Positions 12,051-24,819 of a stretch of 64,000 nucleotides of DNA are shown here, piece after piece (within the stretch, counting starts at the first letter, position 1; each line of letters opens with the position of its first letter). Where the stretch lies: NCBI GenBank assembly GCA_028534125.1, contig CM052818.1, forward strand, positions 41,542,001 to 41,606,000. The letters run 5' to 3'. The translations under genes and the position numbers were made by a program. Below the pieces are notes generated by a model, which made no database searches, was not told the origin of the DNA, and saw only the letters and a list, made by a program, of their open reading frames with translations. The DNA comes from Lama glama (Eukaryota).

Positions 12051-13319
12051 TGTCTTCACTGGGTCCTTCCATAGCTGTATGATACAGACAAGGCAGAAGC
12101 TATTATCCCATTTTACAGACGATGGACTAGAGGCACAATAAAGTCACGTCTCTCTCTTAAGATCACCAGGCAGAGCTGATCCTCAAAATCTTACCAGTCT
12201 AAGACCCAGCTAGGCTAACACCACATGTCGGCAGAGTTATCCTGAACAAGTCCCTGCAGCCTGTGGGCCCCAGTTTGCCCAGTAGTAAGATAATGAGGAT
12301 AAGGAGAAACGTGTTATCTCTGATCTCTCTTCCTGATCTGACCACTGTGACACCCACAAACAATCTGGGGGCTTTGCAGTTTGGGAAGTGACTCAGGTCC
12401 CGCCTGTGCGCTGCTCCCGGTTTGCCTGGGGGTGGGGGGCGCTGGGTGGGATCACGCCCAGCCTTCCAAGTCCCACCGCTTTCCCAGGCCAGGTCTGTGC
12501 TGGCTGCCAGCCCCTGCTCTGTGCGCCGAATGTTCCCTTGTCACATAAAATTCTCCTTCTGACACTGTTTCCCTTTAGAAAGAAAGTAAATCATAACTTT
12601 TCACTTAAGCATTTCTGCTTCTAGTCAGACCTACTTTAGCCTGAAGCTGAAAAAGGGTATATTTGGTTGGATCACATTTCAACTCAGTCTAATAGATATT
12701 TGCTTAAGGGGGAAAAGGGGTGGAAGAAAAAAGGGAAATGTCAAAACGGAATAATAAAATGGTCTATAAACAGAAGCAGGTTTTCTGCGATACGTTACCC
12801 TGATAAACCCGATAATGGGTCCCAAATGCACTGTCCTGGGTGGATGCCAGGCTGGCCGGCAGGGGGTTCTGGGTTATTTTTAATTTTACTGTAGCCAAAC
12901 CATGACCTCATCCCGAAAGAATTCTCTCCCACCAAAGAGCTGTATCGAGTTATTTGTCGGCCGAAATTCATTTGAATGTGGATTCATCGGAAACATGTGT
13001 GACCACAGAAGCAGCCAAGAGGGAAATCTGGGGAAAAAAGGGGGATTTTCAAGGAAACCCTTCCCTTTGTTTGAATGAAACAAGCCAGTCCTTGTGGGGC
13101 CTCAGGCCTTTGATAGTGTGGGTCCCGGGCCTGCTGCTCTCGGCGACCTTTCTGTGCCCTCAGCAGCCCCAGAGCAGACCCCCCCAGGCCCCCTGCAGAA
13201 AATGCAGCCACCACCCATCACCCACCGGGACAGGCACCCTGTTGGAGGGACTCAGGTCTCAGGCAGGAGCCTTGGCCAATACCCACATCACTTAAAGGTA
13301 ATGAGTGCAGAATAAGGGC

Positions 13320-13490
13320 CATTAACAGCAATAACAGTATCTGTCCTTTATCAAACACCTACTACGGGCACTGTGTTAAGTGCTTTGTATATATCATCTC
13401 ATCCCCACCGCAAATGTAGAAAGTGTGATTATTGCCCATTTCATGGATTTAAAAAAAAAAAACCTGAGGCTTCAAGAGGTTAACTTCCTC
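13320..13490 (-). mobile_element. MIR SINE
   Basis: cacctactacgggcactgtgttaagtgcttt...cccatttca...ctgaggcttcaagaggttaa. Confidence 0.72.
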
Positions 13491-15351
13491 AGAGTACCTG
13501 GTTGTTGATTGGCTTAATCAAATTTCCAGCCCAAGCTTGTTTTCTCTCAAGCTTCTACTCTGGTCCCAATGCTTTTGCAAACAGAAGTCTTCAAGAGATC
13601 TGGAGAAAAGAAAGAGGCCCTCAGATTGGAAAATCAGGGAAGGCTTTGTGTAGGAGGAGGTATCTGAGTTAGGTGTGGAGGACAGGTAGCCTTTGGGCAG
13701 ACGGGGAGATGTGGTCCAGATAGAATGCAAGTCAGGAAGGAAGCAGAGAGGCATCGGGAAATGTGAACTGTATCTTGGAAGGAGTAAAAAAACTTTGTTT
13801 GGCTCCCAAAGGAGAAGCAGGAGAAATGCGATGGGAAATGTCTCATGAGGCTGCATCCTGGCGGTCACTTGGTTTTCAGATGCCTGGGCAGGCTTGACTT
13901 AGAAAGAGATGGAAAGTCATTGATAAGTTTTTAAAAGGAGATCGTCCTGAGCTGTCATCTGGAAGGGGTGGATGAACCTCAGGTCTCTGGTATGAGTGAC
14001 TGGGTCAGGGGGCAGGATCACTCGTGAAGCAGGGGTGAGTTTGTGGGAAAACAAGTGAATCTCGCTACTGAACATGTTCAGCCTGCTTTGCATTATTTCT
14101 GTCACCCGAGCTTCCACGTGGAGGACTCAGTCGCACTCCTCTCTGTTTCCCGCAGGCTCCCAGCACAAGCCTCGGAGTGTAGCGCGCGCTCAGGGGAAGG
14201 CACTAAAGTGGCAGGCTGGTACAGTCGCCCCATTCTCTGTGGCCGAACAGACTTGACCCGCCAACAGCGCCGGATTTGACCACACTCAAGACCCAGACTG
14301 TGCAGGGAGCGGAAACATCACCTCAGCAGCGAAAACTAGTCTCTAAATCTGGACAGGACCAGAGAGGCAGCTTTCTGAGATGTAACACCACAGCACTTTG
14401 GAGGAGGAAAAGATCTGGCATCTGCCTAAGGACCTGCCTTTCACCATTCCCAGCATAGAGATGGACCCATGCTACCGAGAAGCCATCGTGGCCAAAGGTT
14501 CCAGAAGATGGGGAAGAATAGCCTGCTCAGAGCAGGTGGGAGGCAGAATTGTCAGCTTGGGTTTTCAGTCAAGTTCTTTTTCCTGTGCACAGCCACCTTG
14601 TAGGGAATTGATTATTCTATTGCCTTCTCAGAAACAGACTCTGATACTAGGGACAATGGTTTCCTGCAAGACCAAAGGGCAACAGCCTATGCGTCTCCGA
14701 GTATCCTAATTTTTTCTAGTGTCTTTTAAAACAGTCATTATAAATAATGTATGAATCACGGAAGCCTTGGAAAACAAAGAATGGAGTACCCAAGATGTCC
14801 CATATCTACTTGTGGCAGAGTGGGGTGTGTCTCAAAAGGTCCTCTGTGCCCCGTGGCCCCTGCTGAGAGAAAGCCTGAGGGCTTGGCAGTGTGTGCCCCG
14901 AGGCAGTGCCCCTGTCCTCCCGCATCCCCCCTCTCAGCGAGCCAGGCTCCTTCTGTCTCTTCCCCGACATCCCTTCAGGCCTTGCTCCCTTGAAAGTGCC
15001 TGGGGAAGGCACCACACCGCCGTGTAAAGGATGCTGGGCTCTGATGGCCCAGGGAGGGGACAAGCCTTCCCTTCCATCTGGTGTGTGTCAGGTTCTGGAC
15101 ATAAACAATGAGAAAAAGGAGAGAGAGAGCTATGGCAGAGCTTAGCCCGGTGAGAGGTGGCCACAGACAGATAACAGTGGTTGGTGTACTCAGCATCCAG
15201 AAGACTTCTCCAGGAAGGTGGGGGCAGGTGCGCTGCATCTTAAGTGGTGAGTAAACGTTTACCCAGTAAAGAGAACAGAGGAGGAAGCATCTGCTTTCAA
15301 AAGAGATAATATTCCTATATTCGATTAGCCTACGAATTAAACTATGCTTTT

Positions 15352-15485
15352 ATTTTTATTTTTGGCTGGGGGGGTAATTAGATTTATTTATTTGGTTAGT
15401 CTTAGAGGAGGTACTGGGGATTGAACTCAGGACCTCATGCATGCTAAGCATGTGCTCTAACACTTAAGCTGTATACCCTCCCCAC
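15352..15485 (-). mobile_element. tRNA-Ala-derived SINE (camelid Vic-1-like)
   Basis: Reverse complement gives a GGGGAGGGTAT... head with tRNA A/B-box-like motifs, GCTTAGCATGCATGAGGTCCTGAGTTCAATCCCCAGTACCTCC, then an A-rich tail. Degenerate flanking direct repeats aaactatgctttt (15339-15351) and aaagtgtactttt (15486-15498). Homologous to copies at 39.6 kb and 56.6 kb. Confidence 0.9.
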
Positions 15486-17460
15486 AAAGTGTACTTTTAA
15501 ACACGGAGATTTTTTTTAATTACATGCAAACACCTCATTTGATGATAAGGGTAGCAATGCCTCTGCACCACCATCTCAAGTTCTTTTCCTTACTGCCCAT
15601 TCCAGCTGTGGACAGCCCAGAGGTGTTCCCCCATTCTACAGGGTAGACAACTGAGCTTTAGGCTCAGTTTCATCGTCTTGACAGACTACAAGCTTCCGAA
15701 GTGCCAGTTCACCGATGGCCTGTGATTTGGCCACCGGGAGTCCCTCAATGAAGCAGCCCCTGGATCCAGATCTGGAACCTTCACGTGTCACTTTTAGCCT
15801 CAGGTAGAATGAATTGTGACCCTGCCACCCATTCTTCCAGCCTGTCGGTTCCTTCATAGTGGGACTCATTCATCCCTTTATCCCCTGCCGCCAGCACAGG
15901 ATCTAGCAAAACGCCGGTGTAAACAAATGTTTGTTGAACTTAAAGGAACTGAACCTTAGCCCGAGGCTATAGAGTGAAAATGCAGCAGTCCGCAGATGGT
16001 CTGTGTCCTGTTGGCAAGCACTCACGTGGGGAGAACACCCAAATATGTGGTCTGGCTTTGGCATATTCCATCCAGATGTTTGGCTTCAGGTAGAAGCAGA
16101 CGAGGAAATCCTTAATGAACAGACGAGTGTTTCTCAATGTGTCCAACCTCCAGACCGCCCCGTTGTCTCCTGCGCCAAGGCTGTGAGGAATTCAACACTC
16201 TTACGTGGACAGCACATGGGGGGCCTGGGTTGGGGCTGCAAGACTGAAGGGGAGGCAGGGCAGAGGCAGAGCAAGGGCAGCGCACCACAGCCCCAGACTT
16301 GTGCCCATGGTGTTGGCGGCTGAGCGAGGAGCCGTGTGAATGGCTGTCTTCTGACTTCAGGAAAGTGCCCGAGAATGTTGCCCTGTGCACAGGAGGGTAA
16401 CATTTTTTATTCTCAATAAATGAATGAATGAGTAAACAAACAACGAACAAATGGACCAGATCCAGAGGATTTAGACACTGGTTCTCAGAGATGTCTTCCC
16501 AGACATCTTACACTGGCCTTAACCTGCCGCTTTGAGGGATGTAGAACAGAGTCTGTGAATGAGTTACATCCCGACCTGCGGTATGGGAGAAGAGCTACTT
16601 TTGAATTAAAAAAAAGAGCTGGTGAATTGGTTCATTTCCTTTTTTTTTTTTTTTTTTGGTGCCTTTTCCAATTTGTGCAAAAAAAAACACCAGAGGAATA
16701 AAAGTGGATGTGCTGATTTCCCTGAGTAGCATTTAAGGAAGAACCTATACCTGCAAGAAACGCAGTTGGCAGTGAGGGGCCTGGAAGGCTGGCTGCCTGC
16801 GCAGAGGCCATCAGAGGGAGGCTCCGACGGGGCTGGGCTCCATCTGGAGGAAACGGCCAGGCGCGGGGTTCCCACAGGCAGTGGGGATTAGGGGCTGAGC
16901 TCAGTAAAGCCCCCGGGTTAGCTCAGCCTGTCCTGTCTGCTTCCCACACTCCGGTGTCTCTCCTCCCCACATGGCTGACTTGGGGTGGCTGTGGGTCCTT
17001 TCTCTGGTACAGAGCAGAGTGACCCCCATCCCCACGCTCCACTTCAAACCTCGCAGCACTCTGGTAAGGCAGGAGTTATCACCTTCATTTCACAAAAGAA
17101 ATGGAGACCCAGAGTTTAAAAGTGACCTTTGCATGGTGGTGCAACAAGTTAAAGAGACCCTAGCCCGCCTGTCGCACCTGAGCCTTCTCTCTTCGATATT
17201 ATCTGAGCCTCCCAGCAGGGCCGGCAGACTCAGTGGGATGAGGGCCAATGAGGGCACCTGGATGGCTGGATGTGAGTATGATGCAAACGGGGAGATGCAG
17301 CTATGGAGCCCTCAGCCCCTAGGGTCCCAGGGCCACACAGTTATGCCTGGTCACAACACCCTGTTGAAAGCAGCTGGCCTGGCCTGGTTTTTCGCCTGCC
17401 TCCCTTTCTGAAAAATATGAGCTAAAGCAATTTTAACAAGCCATTTTGATGACTTCTAGA

Positions 17461-17580
17461 AGGCTGGCTCTTAACCTTGGCTACACAATGAGAATCACTA
17501 AGGCAACTTGAAAAAAAATACTAATGTCTGGATTTATCGCTAGGGTTTCTCATTTAATTGGTCTGGGGCATTCCAGGGGG
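17461..17580. mobile_element. MER5-like hAT-Charlie fragment
   Basis: ggctcttaaccttggctacaca...gaatcac...aaaaatactaatgtctgg...tttaattggtctgggg. Confidence 0.75.
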
Positions 17581-18029
17581 GTGTTACGGTGAAGAAACGT
17601 TCCTCTCTTAAAAGTCTTCCTCTAGGATCTACACGCCACGTTGTCTGAGTAAGATTAAGAAAACTGAAATCCTTAATTATTCATATATTCATTAGGCTAT
17701 TAAAAATAAAGTAATGTTGACATCTGAAAATAACAACAGTTTTTCCACTATCTTGGATTCTTTCAATAGCGTGAATTTCCAGGAACAAATGAACTGATTG
17801 AATTAGAATCAGCTGATGGAAAAGAAAGAATACTTTTAAAGCTCTTGACACCTGTTGATAAGTTGTGTCTAAAAAGTGTGTACTAACGTATGTTCCTTTA
17901 TTTTCAATAGAAAAGCCCATGTCCTATGGCAAACCACTATGTTATGCACATTATGCAACACAATGTGATTTGTCAATGACGTCTGAATAAGAAAAGAAAA
18001 AGAAAAGCTTATATCCAACTTCCAAATCA

Positions 18030-18105
18030 ACAGAACTCTTCAATCATGGAACGGGCTTCCTTGGTATGTAGTGAGCTTCTTGTCACTGGAGGTGTTCAAG
18101 TGTGT
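18030..18105 (+). mobile_element. L3/CR1 3' fragment
   Basis: tggaacgggcttcc...gtagtgagcttcttgtcactggaggtgttcaag is the conserved CR1/L3 RT C-terminal motif. Confidence 0.7.
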
Positions 18106-18679
18106 CCAAAGTGCACTTTGCTGAGCATGAGCTGATACACAGCCACTCCCTGGGTCTGGGGAGAAAGCATCCTGCTCTGTTTTACCCATGATCTTGGCTA
18201 TTTATGACTTCAGGGAGATCTTGGAGCCACAGGACCCCTTTCAGGCATCTGGTGGGCAGGTCTAGTGTGGAAAGGCCAGTTTACAATGCAAATGCTCACA
18301 AGTAGCTGGAGCAGGGACAATGCACAGGAGATGCTCAGGAAACAAAGCCGGCGCCGGTCCGTGTGAGAACGGCAGCAATCAGGACAATGAGGGTGACGAA
18401 ATGGGGACGAGGATCTTGAGATTTCCAAAGGACCTCTCTAGGCTGATGATGTCTTTCAGAAAAGACTCATCCCATACTCCAAGTGGTTTTACAGCTGGTC
18501 TGAATGACACACAGTTAGAGGGGGAATAAAATAGCCTGAAATAATTCTAAAATGCATTGTCTGTCTCTTCAAAACAAGAGGCACGAGATGGTGGAGAGAA
18601 CACGATGTGTGAAATGAGACAGAGCTGGCTTTAACCAACGCTCCTCCCAACCGACGGCGTGGAATGTCTATGAGGTGCT

Positions 18680-18830
18680 TGACTTCCTGGAGCCTCAGTA
18701 AAATGAGGATCACGATGTCGCTGTCTTCGAGTCCCTGAGATACGTAAAATGTTCATTTGTATGCAGAGCACCTAGTATAGGGCTGGGCACATAGTTTACA
18801 ATCACTAAGAGGCAGCCATTTTTATGTTAT
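18680..18830 (+). mobile_element. MIR SINE 3' part
   Basis: gagcctcagtaaaatgaggat...gagcacctagtatagggctgggcacatagt. Confidence 0.65.
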
Positions 18831-20597
18831 TAATTAAAACATACTAACACCCTTCACTGTACACAGAGGTAATTAAATGGTACAAATGATGGAGAGCATG
18901 GTAATTATAATAATAGTCTTAAGAACAACCACCTATTAAGGACTGATGTGCTAGACGTTGTATAAATATAACCCCTTAGATTTACCTGCTGCTGTATAAT
19001 TGTCTAAGTGGCCTTATTTTCATCAAAAAACAAAGCAAATCAAACAAGTTTATGGAGTATCTATTGTAAATACGAAGTAGATGGATTACGTATAATAAAA
19101 GAAGAATCAAGAAGTTCTAATGATTTTTCTAAGGACATTGAGAAATAAAATGTTGATTTTAGTAAGATTAAGTAAACTGAAGCCCACTCTATCTCCCATC
19201 ATTCAAAGCATTCTTGTAGCAAATGCTTTTGTGATATATTTCCATCCCTTATATATCAGCATGTTCAGGACTTACGATCATTTGGATTTTTTAAAATAAG
19301 TTCATCTGTTTCTACATCAGTCCCATTTTCCCAGATTTCAGAATAAGATCTGAGGTTGAAGACACTGTTGGATCTCTCTCACCATGTGTCTGCTTTCTGG
19401 GTCTTCCCCCTCCGCTCCAGGAAGTTTCCTTATTGACTCCAGACCCCGGCAAGTCCCGGGAGTCCTGACGTTGTACATGTCTGTGGTAGGGAGAGACGAA
19501 GGGCTTGCTTCCCAGGCCAGGCTCTGTTTACACTTCCTTGATCAGGGATAATGATTTGTTTACAGGAGACATTCTGTCTTCATTAAACTCACTTCTGGAC
19601 AATCAATAGGAGGCCTAAGATGACAAGGAACACGTACGTCAGGAGTTCACACATCCTGCCTTGCTCAAAGGGACCAAGGCTCAGCCAAGACTTTCTCGTA
19701 CTGACAGCCTAGGATGGAGACATCAGACTTTCTCCTTGAATTAAGAAAGGAGGGCCCTTCCCCAAAGGTACACGGATATGGGTTCAACACACGGCTTTGT
19801 CAATTACTCTTCTGATGCCTGACACCCCAGCCTGGGGCAGGCCCCGCCTAGTGTATTTCATCCACAGTGGGGTCTGCCTTTCATCCCCATTTAAAAAATC
19901 ATATTTGAAGATATTTAATAAACAAGCTAGTGACACTTCTGTAATTAACTTAGGCGCTTATCTTTGCAAGCTCAATGTAAAGACGCATCCAGGAACCTTA
20001 ATTGCCAGATATGCCTGTATAAACTGCAAGGCCTGTGCTTTAATTTGAGATTGAGATCAGAACAAAAGAATTTACACTTGTCTTTCCTTTTCAAAACGAG
20101 GAATATTTTTAATTAGCTAAATAGAACATGTGAAAGCCTTTTAGGTATGGAGATCCCTTACAGTGCAAGATTTAAAAAAATTATGCCCAACGTCGTTCAT
20201 TTACGAATCATCACTAGTTCTCATTCATTTCTTTGTTTCACTCTACTTTCTTCCTGCAAGCTAAAGTATAGGTCTTCCTTCCAATTTGCCTTAAATCTCT
20301 TTGTCTGGCTTATGGACAGGGTCCACCCTTGTAGTGACGCAGGTCTGCAAAACAATGTTAGAAAAAAAGATGTTTGTGAGTGACAGGTGACCTAGCACTG
20401 AGTAAGGGACCTGTGGCTGCCCTCAACCCCTCCTGGGCACAATCCCCAGGTAGTGTGCCGTCTAAAAGGTCCCCAGGTCAATGGCAGTAACTGTACCCAT
20501 GGGCAAGGTGGTAGCCATCATCACTGAGCAATCATCTTAAGTTTGGATCAAAGGGGTTCTCCTATAGAGAACTAATATACATCTCTCTCTCTCTCTC

Positions 20598-20767
20598 TTT
20601 TTTTTTAACATTTCTTATTGAGTAATAGTCATTCTATAATGTTGTGTCAAATTTCAGTGTAGAACACAATTTTTCAGTTATACATGAACATACACATATT
20701 CATTGTCACATTTCTTTTCCACCGTGAGCTACCACAGAATCGTGTATATATTTCCCTGTGCCATACA
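20598..20767 (-). mobile_element. 5'-truncated L1 3' end (lineage-specific family)
   Basis: T-run followed by attgagtaatagtcattctataatgttgtgtcaaatt...tttccctgtgccataca. Closely similar to the copy at 33.9 kb. Confidence 0.85.
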
Positions 20768-23381
20768 GACCTCTTTAGATGTGGAAACTAACAAAGGCCT
20801 GGTCCACCCGTCGGCCACCAGGACTAAGAGACTGCTATGCCCAGTGAAACTCAGGCAGAACAATGCTAACCTGGGTTCTGTGTCTGCTGGGCCCAAAGCG
20901 TCACAGCAAAGCTTCCAGAGGAAGGCACTTCACGGGGTTAGAATCAAACAGATACTGGAATTTCATCACATGGACAAGGCAACTAGCATCAAGCAGCCAA
21001 GGTCAAGAAACAAAGATGTTTATTAGTTTCCGGGAACTGGAAATGACACTCTGGTTTGAAGAACTGTGGCTAAGATCACGCGAGTGGTAAGAAACAGAGT
21101 CGGGATTTTCACTGAAGTCTTTATGCCACCAACTCTGAGTCCTTTCTACCTGTGCCACCATCTAGAGTCAAAGGCCAGTGGGTACGGCCAGGGGGCTAGT
21201 TGGGTTCTTGCTAAGCCAGGGCCCAGGGGTCTTATCTCCTTTGAAGTGGTGCCAAAATGTCACTCTTTTCTCTCCACGAAGAGAAAGTTGGAAAGTAGCC
21301 TCACCTGCAGGGTTGACCACCTTCTCCGTACTTCACCCCTAGCCAGGGCAAGCAACAGGAATAAACGCCTCTGTGCTGCAAGACCTGAACCCTCGCTCTG
21401 GCTCCTCTACCAACCAGTGACCCTGAGCAAGACACTTCACCTCCCTGGGCCCCAGCACCTTATCCATAAGTTAGTGAAATCAATTTGTACCCTAGGTGCT
21501 TTTCAGTGATGATATATTTAAAAGGCAACATCTGGAGAGGGTGGTGCTGAATCAAAGAGGTTCTGTGATACCTGTTGTCTGTTTGTTCTAACCCTAGCTC
21601 CGTCAACATTTCTGTGTGGCCACAGGAAACCATCTCCCCTCCCCCGGCCCCAGACTTTTTAACCATATAATGGATCAGGTGAGCCAAGTGCCTGCTGGAA
21701 CTCACTCAGCTCTGATAGTTTATGACCCTTACTCTCTGCTGGGTCTTGGTTTCTTGGCAAGACACGGCACATTTTGCCTGTTCATCCCACAGAGATGTGG
21801 ACACCTTCCAAAGAAGCAATTGGACAAGTTCTTCCACTGGGACCTGTCAGTGCACAGAGGCAAAAGGTCCAGGGTCACGTCAGGTTCACTGGGATACCCT
21901 GTTGTGCTGGCTCAGGTCTGACTAAGGGCACCATTTTGGTTTATCTGATCAGCCAGTGTGATGTCATGCCTATTAGGGACCATAGACTTTGCATGGGGAT
22001 CAGAGAGACAGATTAATAAAACAAAAAAGACCCATTGATTCCAATGTACTTTTACTAGATTAGGGTGGCACAGGGATTTTTAAAGAGTATTAGTAATAAA
22101 AATACCAGATATCCAATAGGCTACAAGTGTGAGTCACCCTTGAGACAGTTAAATATCCTTGCCAGAAAGGATAATAAAGGAAAAAAAACACAGGTTTGAG
22201 GGACAGGCAGACATGGATTTGAATGCCAGCTCTCCCTCACTTGAGCTATGTGACCTTGTACAACATTCTCAGCCTGGCTTCCCTGAAGCTTCCTCACCTG
22301 CAGGGCGTCTGGGGAAGCAGAGCTCATTATTTGTACCTTTGTTTGTTTCTGTGGGCTGAAGGAGTGGCAGGTCATCTCTATTTAGATGGCCCAGCAGATC
22401 TCTGCTCAGCCAGTCAAGTAGCTGCCCTTGGTTAGGTGAAAATTCGGTAAGTTGTCATCCACTGCTCTGGGAGGAGAAGGGAGTCACAGGACTTTTCCTG
22501 GCCTTGTTTAGCAAAGCTGGTGCTTCCAGATACCTCTGGTTAGGAAAGTTGATCAATGGAACGGTATTGGGCAAATTTTCAAAAGGACCAAAGAATTTTC
22601 TAGGGAAAAAAAAAAAGTCTGGGCTCTTAACTCCCCTTCTGAGATGTTCTGTTATTGAGTTGTTTCTGGAAGAATGAGATAGTGCCTATCCAAGTCCACT
22701 GCCAAGAAAGTGGAGGGATCTGGGTGGGCCAGACCCAAGCTGGGCGCCTTGCGAAGGAAAGGCGATCTTGCACTGCACATGGGTGAGGATGTCAGAAACC
22801 CCTGTAGACCCAGCTTTGGTGGCGTTTAGTCACTGTGACTGAGAGTGAATAGAAACGGCAGAAATTGTAACCTTGAGGGCGCTGGGGCCAGGGTGGAGGA
22901 CGCAGTCAGTAAGGACACCATGGAAACAGTGGGCAGGGACTCTTCAGTTTGTCCAGAACCAGTTTTCTGGCCTAGGATCTAAAGGTCCTTGATGTGCTGG
23001 TGGCCAGCTGCACATGGGGTGGCCATTGGAGTTGAGAGGGAGGTACAGAACTTCCTGCTAAGTTGGGCAAACAGGACACGAGAGGTTAAGTGGAAAAATG
23101 AGAAATGTTTAATCCTAAGCTGGTGAACCAGTTCCTCCCAGGGGCAGAGTGCCTGGCACACAGTAGGTTCTCAGCCAACATCTGTGGCGGGAAGCCCTTG
23201 GAGTGACCACAGGTGGCGGGAAGGGGATAAAGTACTTACACAGTGTTTCTAGAAAACTCTCTCTCATTGTCAGCATTGTGTTGGGGCAGGAGTGGGGAAT
23301 GCAGGGCGGCAAAAGAACAGTCCAGGACCTCCAGAGGTCCCAGCGCCAGGGGAGCAAGACACATCCAGGTCACGGCAGAAA

Positions 23382-23415
23382 GGACAGGGGACAGGGGACA
23401 GGGGACAGGGGACAG
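23382..23415 (+). repeat. (GGGGACA)n heptamer tandem repeat
   Basis: Four GGGG tracts at 23387, 23394, 23401 and 23408, separated by ACA. Confidence 0.95.
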
Positions 23416-24579
23416 CATTTGTTACGCTCCTGGGTTGTAAGAGGCGAGCACTCTGATTACCTGAAGAGGCAGGGATTATTCAGAGCTGATGGGAGCTGAG
23501 CAGCCTGTACAAATGAGTGGTCCAGCATTTCCCAGGGGGGCCTGGCCTGCAATCGCGTCGGAATGGACCTGCCCTCACAGGGAAGGGGGAAGTCGTCTTC
23601 GTAAGTCGTGCACCTGCTCTTGGCAGCCACAGGCTGTCGTCGGGATAAGAAGAAGGGAAGCAGGGATGCAGAGGAGCCAGGAATAGTGGGCTGTGGCCTC
23701 AGGAAGAAAGCAACAGGCTCCAAGCATCTTTGGGGAAAAGGTTACTACACAGGCCAGTTGGCAGGAGGGCTTCCTCTGTCTCGGCTTCTGTTCCTCCTGT
23801 TGCTGAAAACTCATCACTTCGCTCTCCGCCTCCCATGTCCCTTCTCTGCCTCATTCGTCTGCTTACTCATCCGCATGTCAGCCCTTCTGCTATTTAGAGA
23901 CTGTCTTCAGCTTCGTGTGCTTCTGGGTCTTCTCTCTTCCAGACCAAACCCTCCCACATCCGTCCTTCCTCCTGATGCAGAATATCCTCAGGATGCCGCC
24001 CTCCAGTGGGGGCTCAGACTTTCCAGAGTCCCCGCAGAGGGGCCTGGCCTGGGAGAGGAAGCGGTGGCTATGACCTCAGTCTTGGCTCTCACAACGCTGA
24101 GAAAACATCTATGGCTCTTTGTGCCTTGATTTTTCTCAGCTGTAAAATGGAGATAATGACATGGGTTCCAGGCCTCAAAGCCAGGTCTAAAGGAGGTTTG
24201 GCCTCCGGCGGAGGGTTCTGGAGCTCCACGTTTGTGGGAACGATAGTTTGACACATTTATGGAGCCAATTTTTTTTTTTTCTGAGGTCCTTTCTTCTTCA
24301 TCCCCGCCATGACTCACAGCATCTGATTTACCTGCTTGGAGTGAATTTTGACTTAGAATCCTTCCCATGGTTGACACACTCAGCTCTATGAATCACAAGA
24401 AAGTCTTGGGGTGATCTCTAAGGTTGAGCAATACTGCTGAGTCTCAGAGAGGTGACGTGACTTGGCCAAGATCACACAAGAAGTAGCTGGCAGAAGACAT
24501 GGACCGAGCAAGAAGAGCTTTCCCAGAGCCATTAGCTACCTGGGAAGCTGCCTCCCCCAGGCAGCACAGCAAAGGGGCC

Positions 24580-24790
24580 CAGTGCACAGATCTGGGGCAC
24601 AAACGGATCTGGCTTTGATTCCTGGTTCTGCCCTGACTCGCTGTGCCCCTTGGGGTTACTTAACCTCTCAGAGCCTCAGTTTCCCTCTTTGCCTGTGAGT
24701 AGCTGTTGGGGTGATCAAATATGATCAGAAGAGTGAAATGGCATCACCTTAGGAGCACCCATGGGGTGGGCCTGACTGTCACCCTAATTA
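24580..24790 (+). mobile_element. MIR SINE
   Basis: ttgattcctggttctgcc...gctgtg...gttacttaacctctcagagcctcagtttcc. Confidence 0.75.
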
Positions 24791-24819
24791 ATGCAACCGA
24801 AGCCAGGGCTGGAGTTGCG

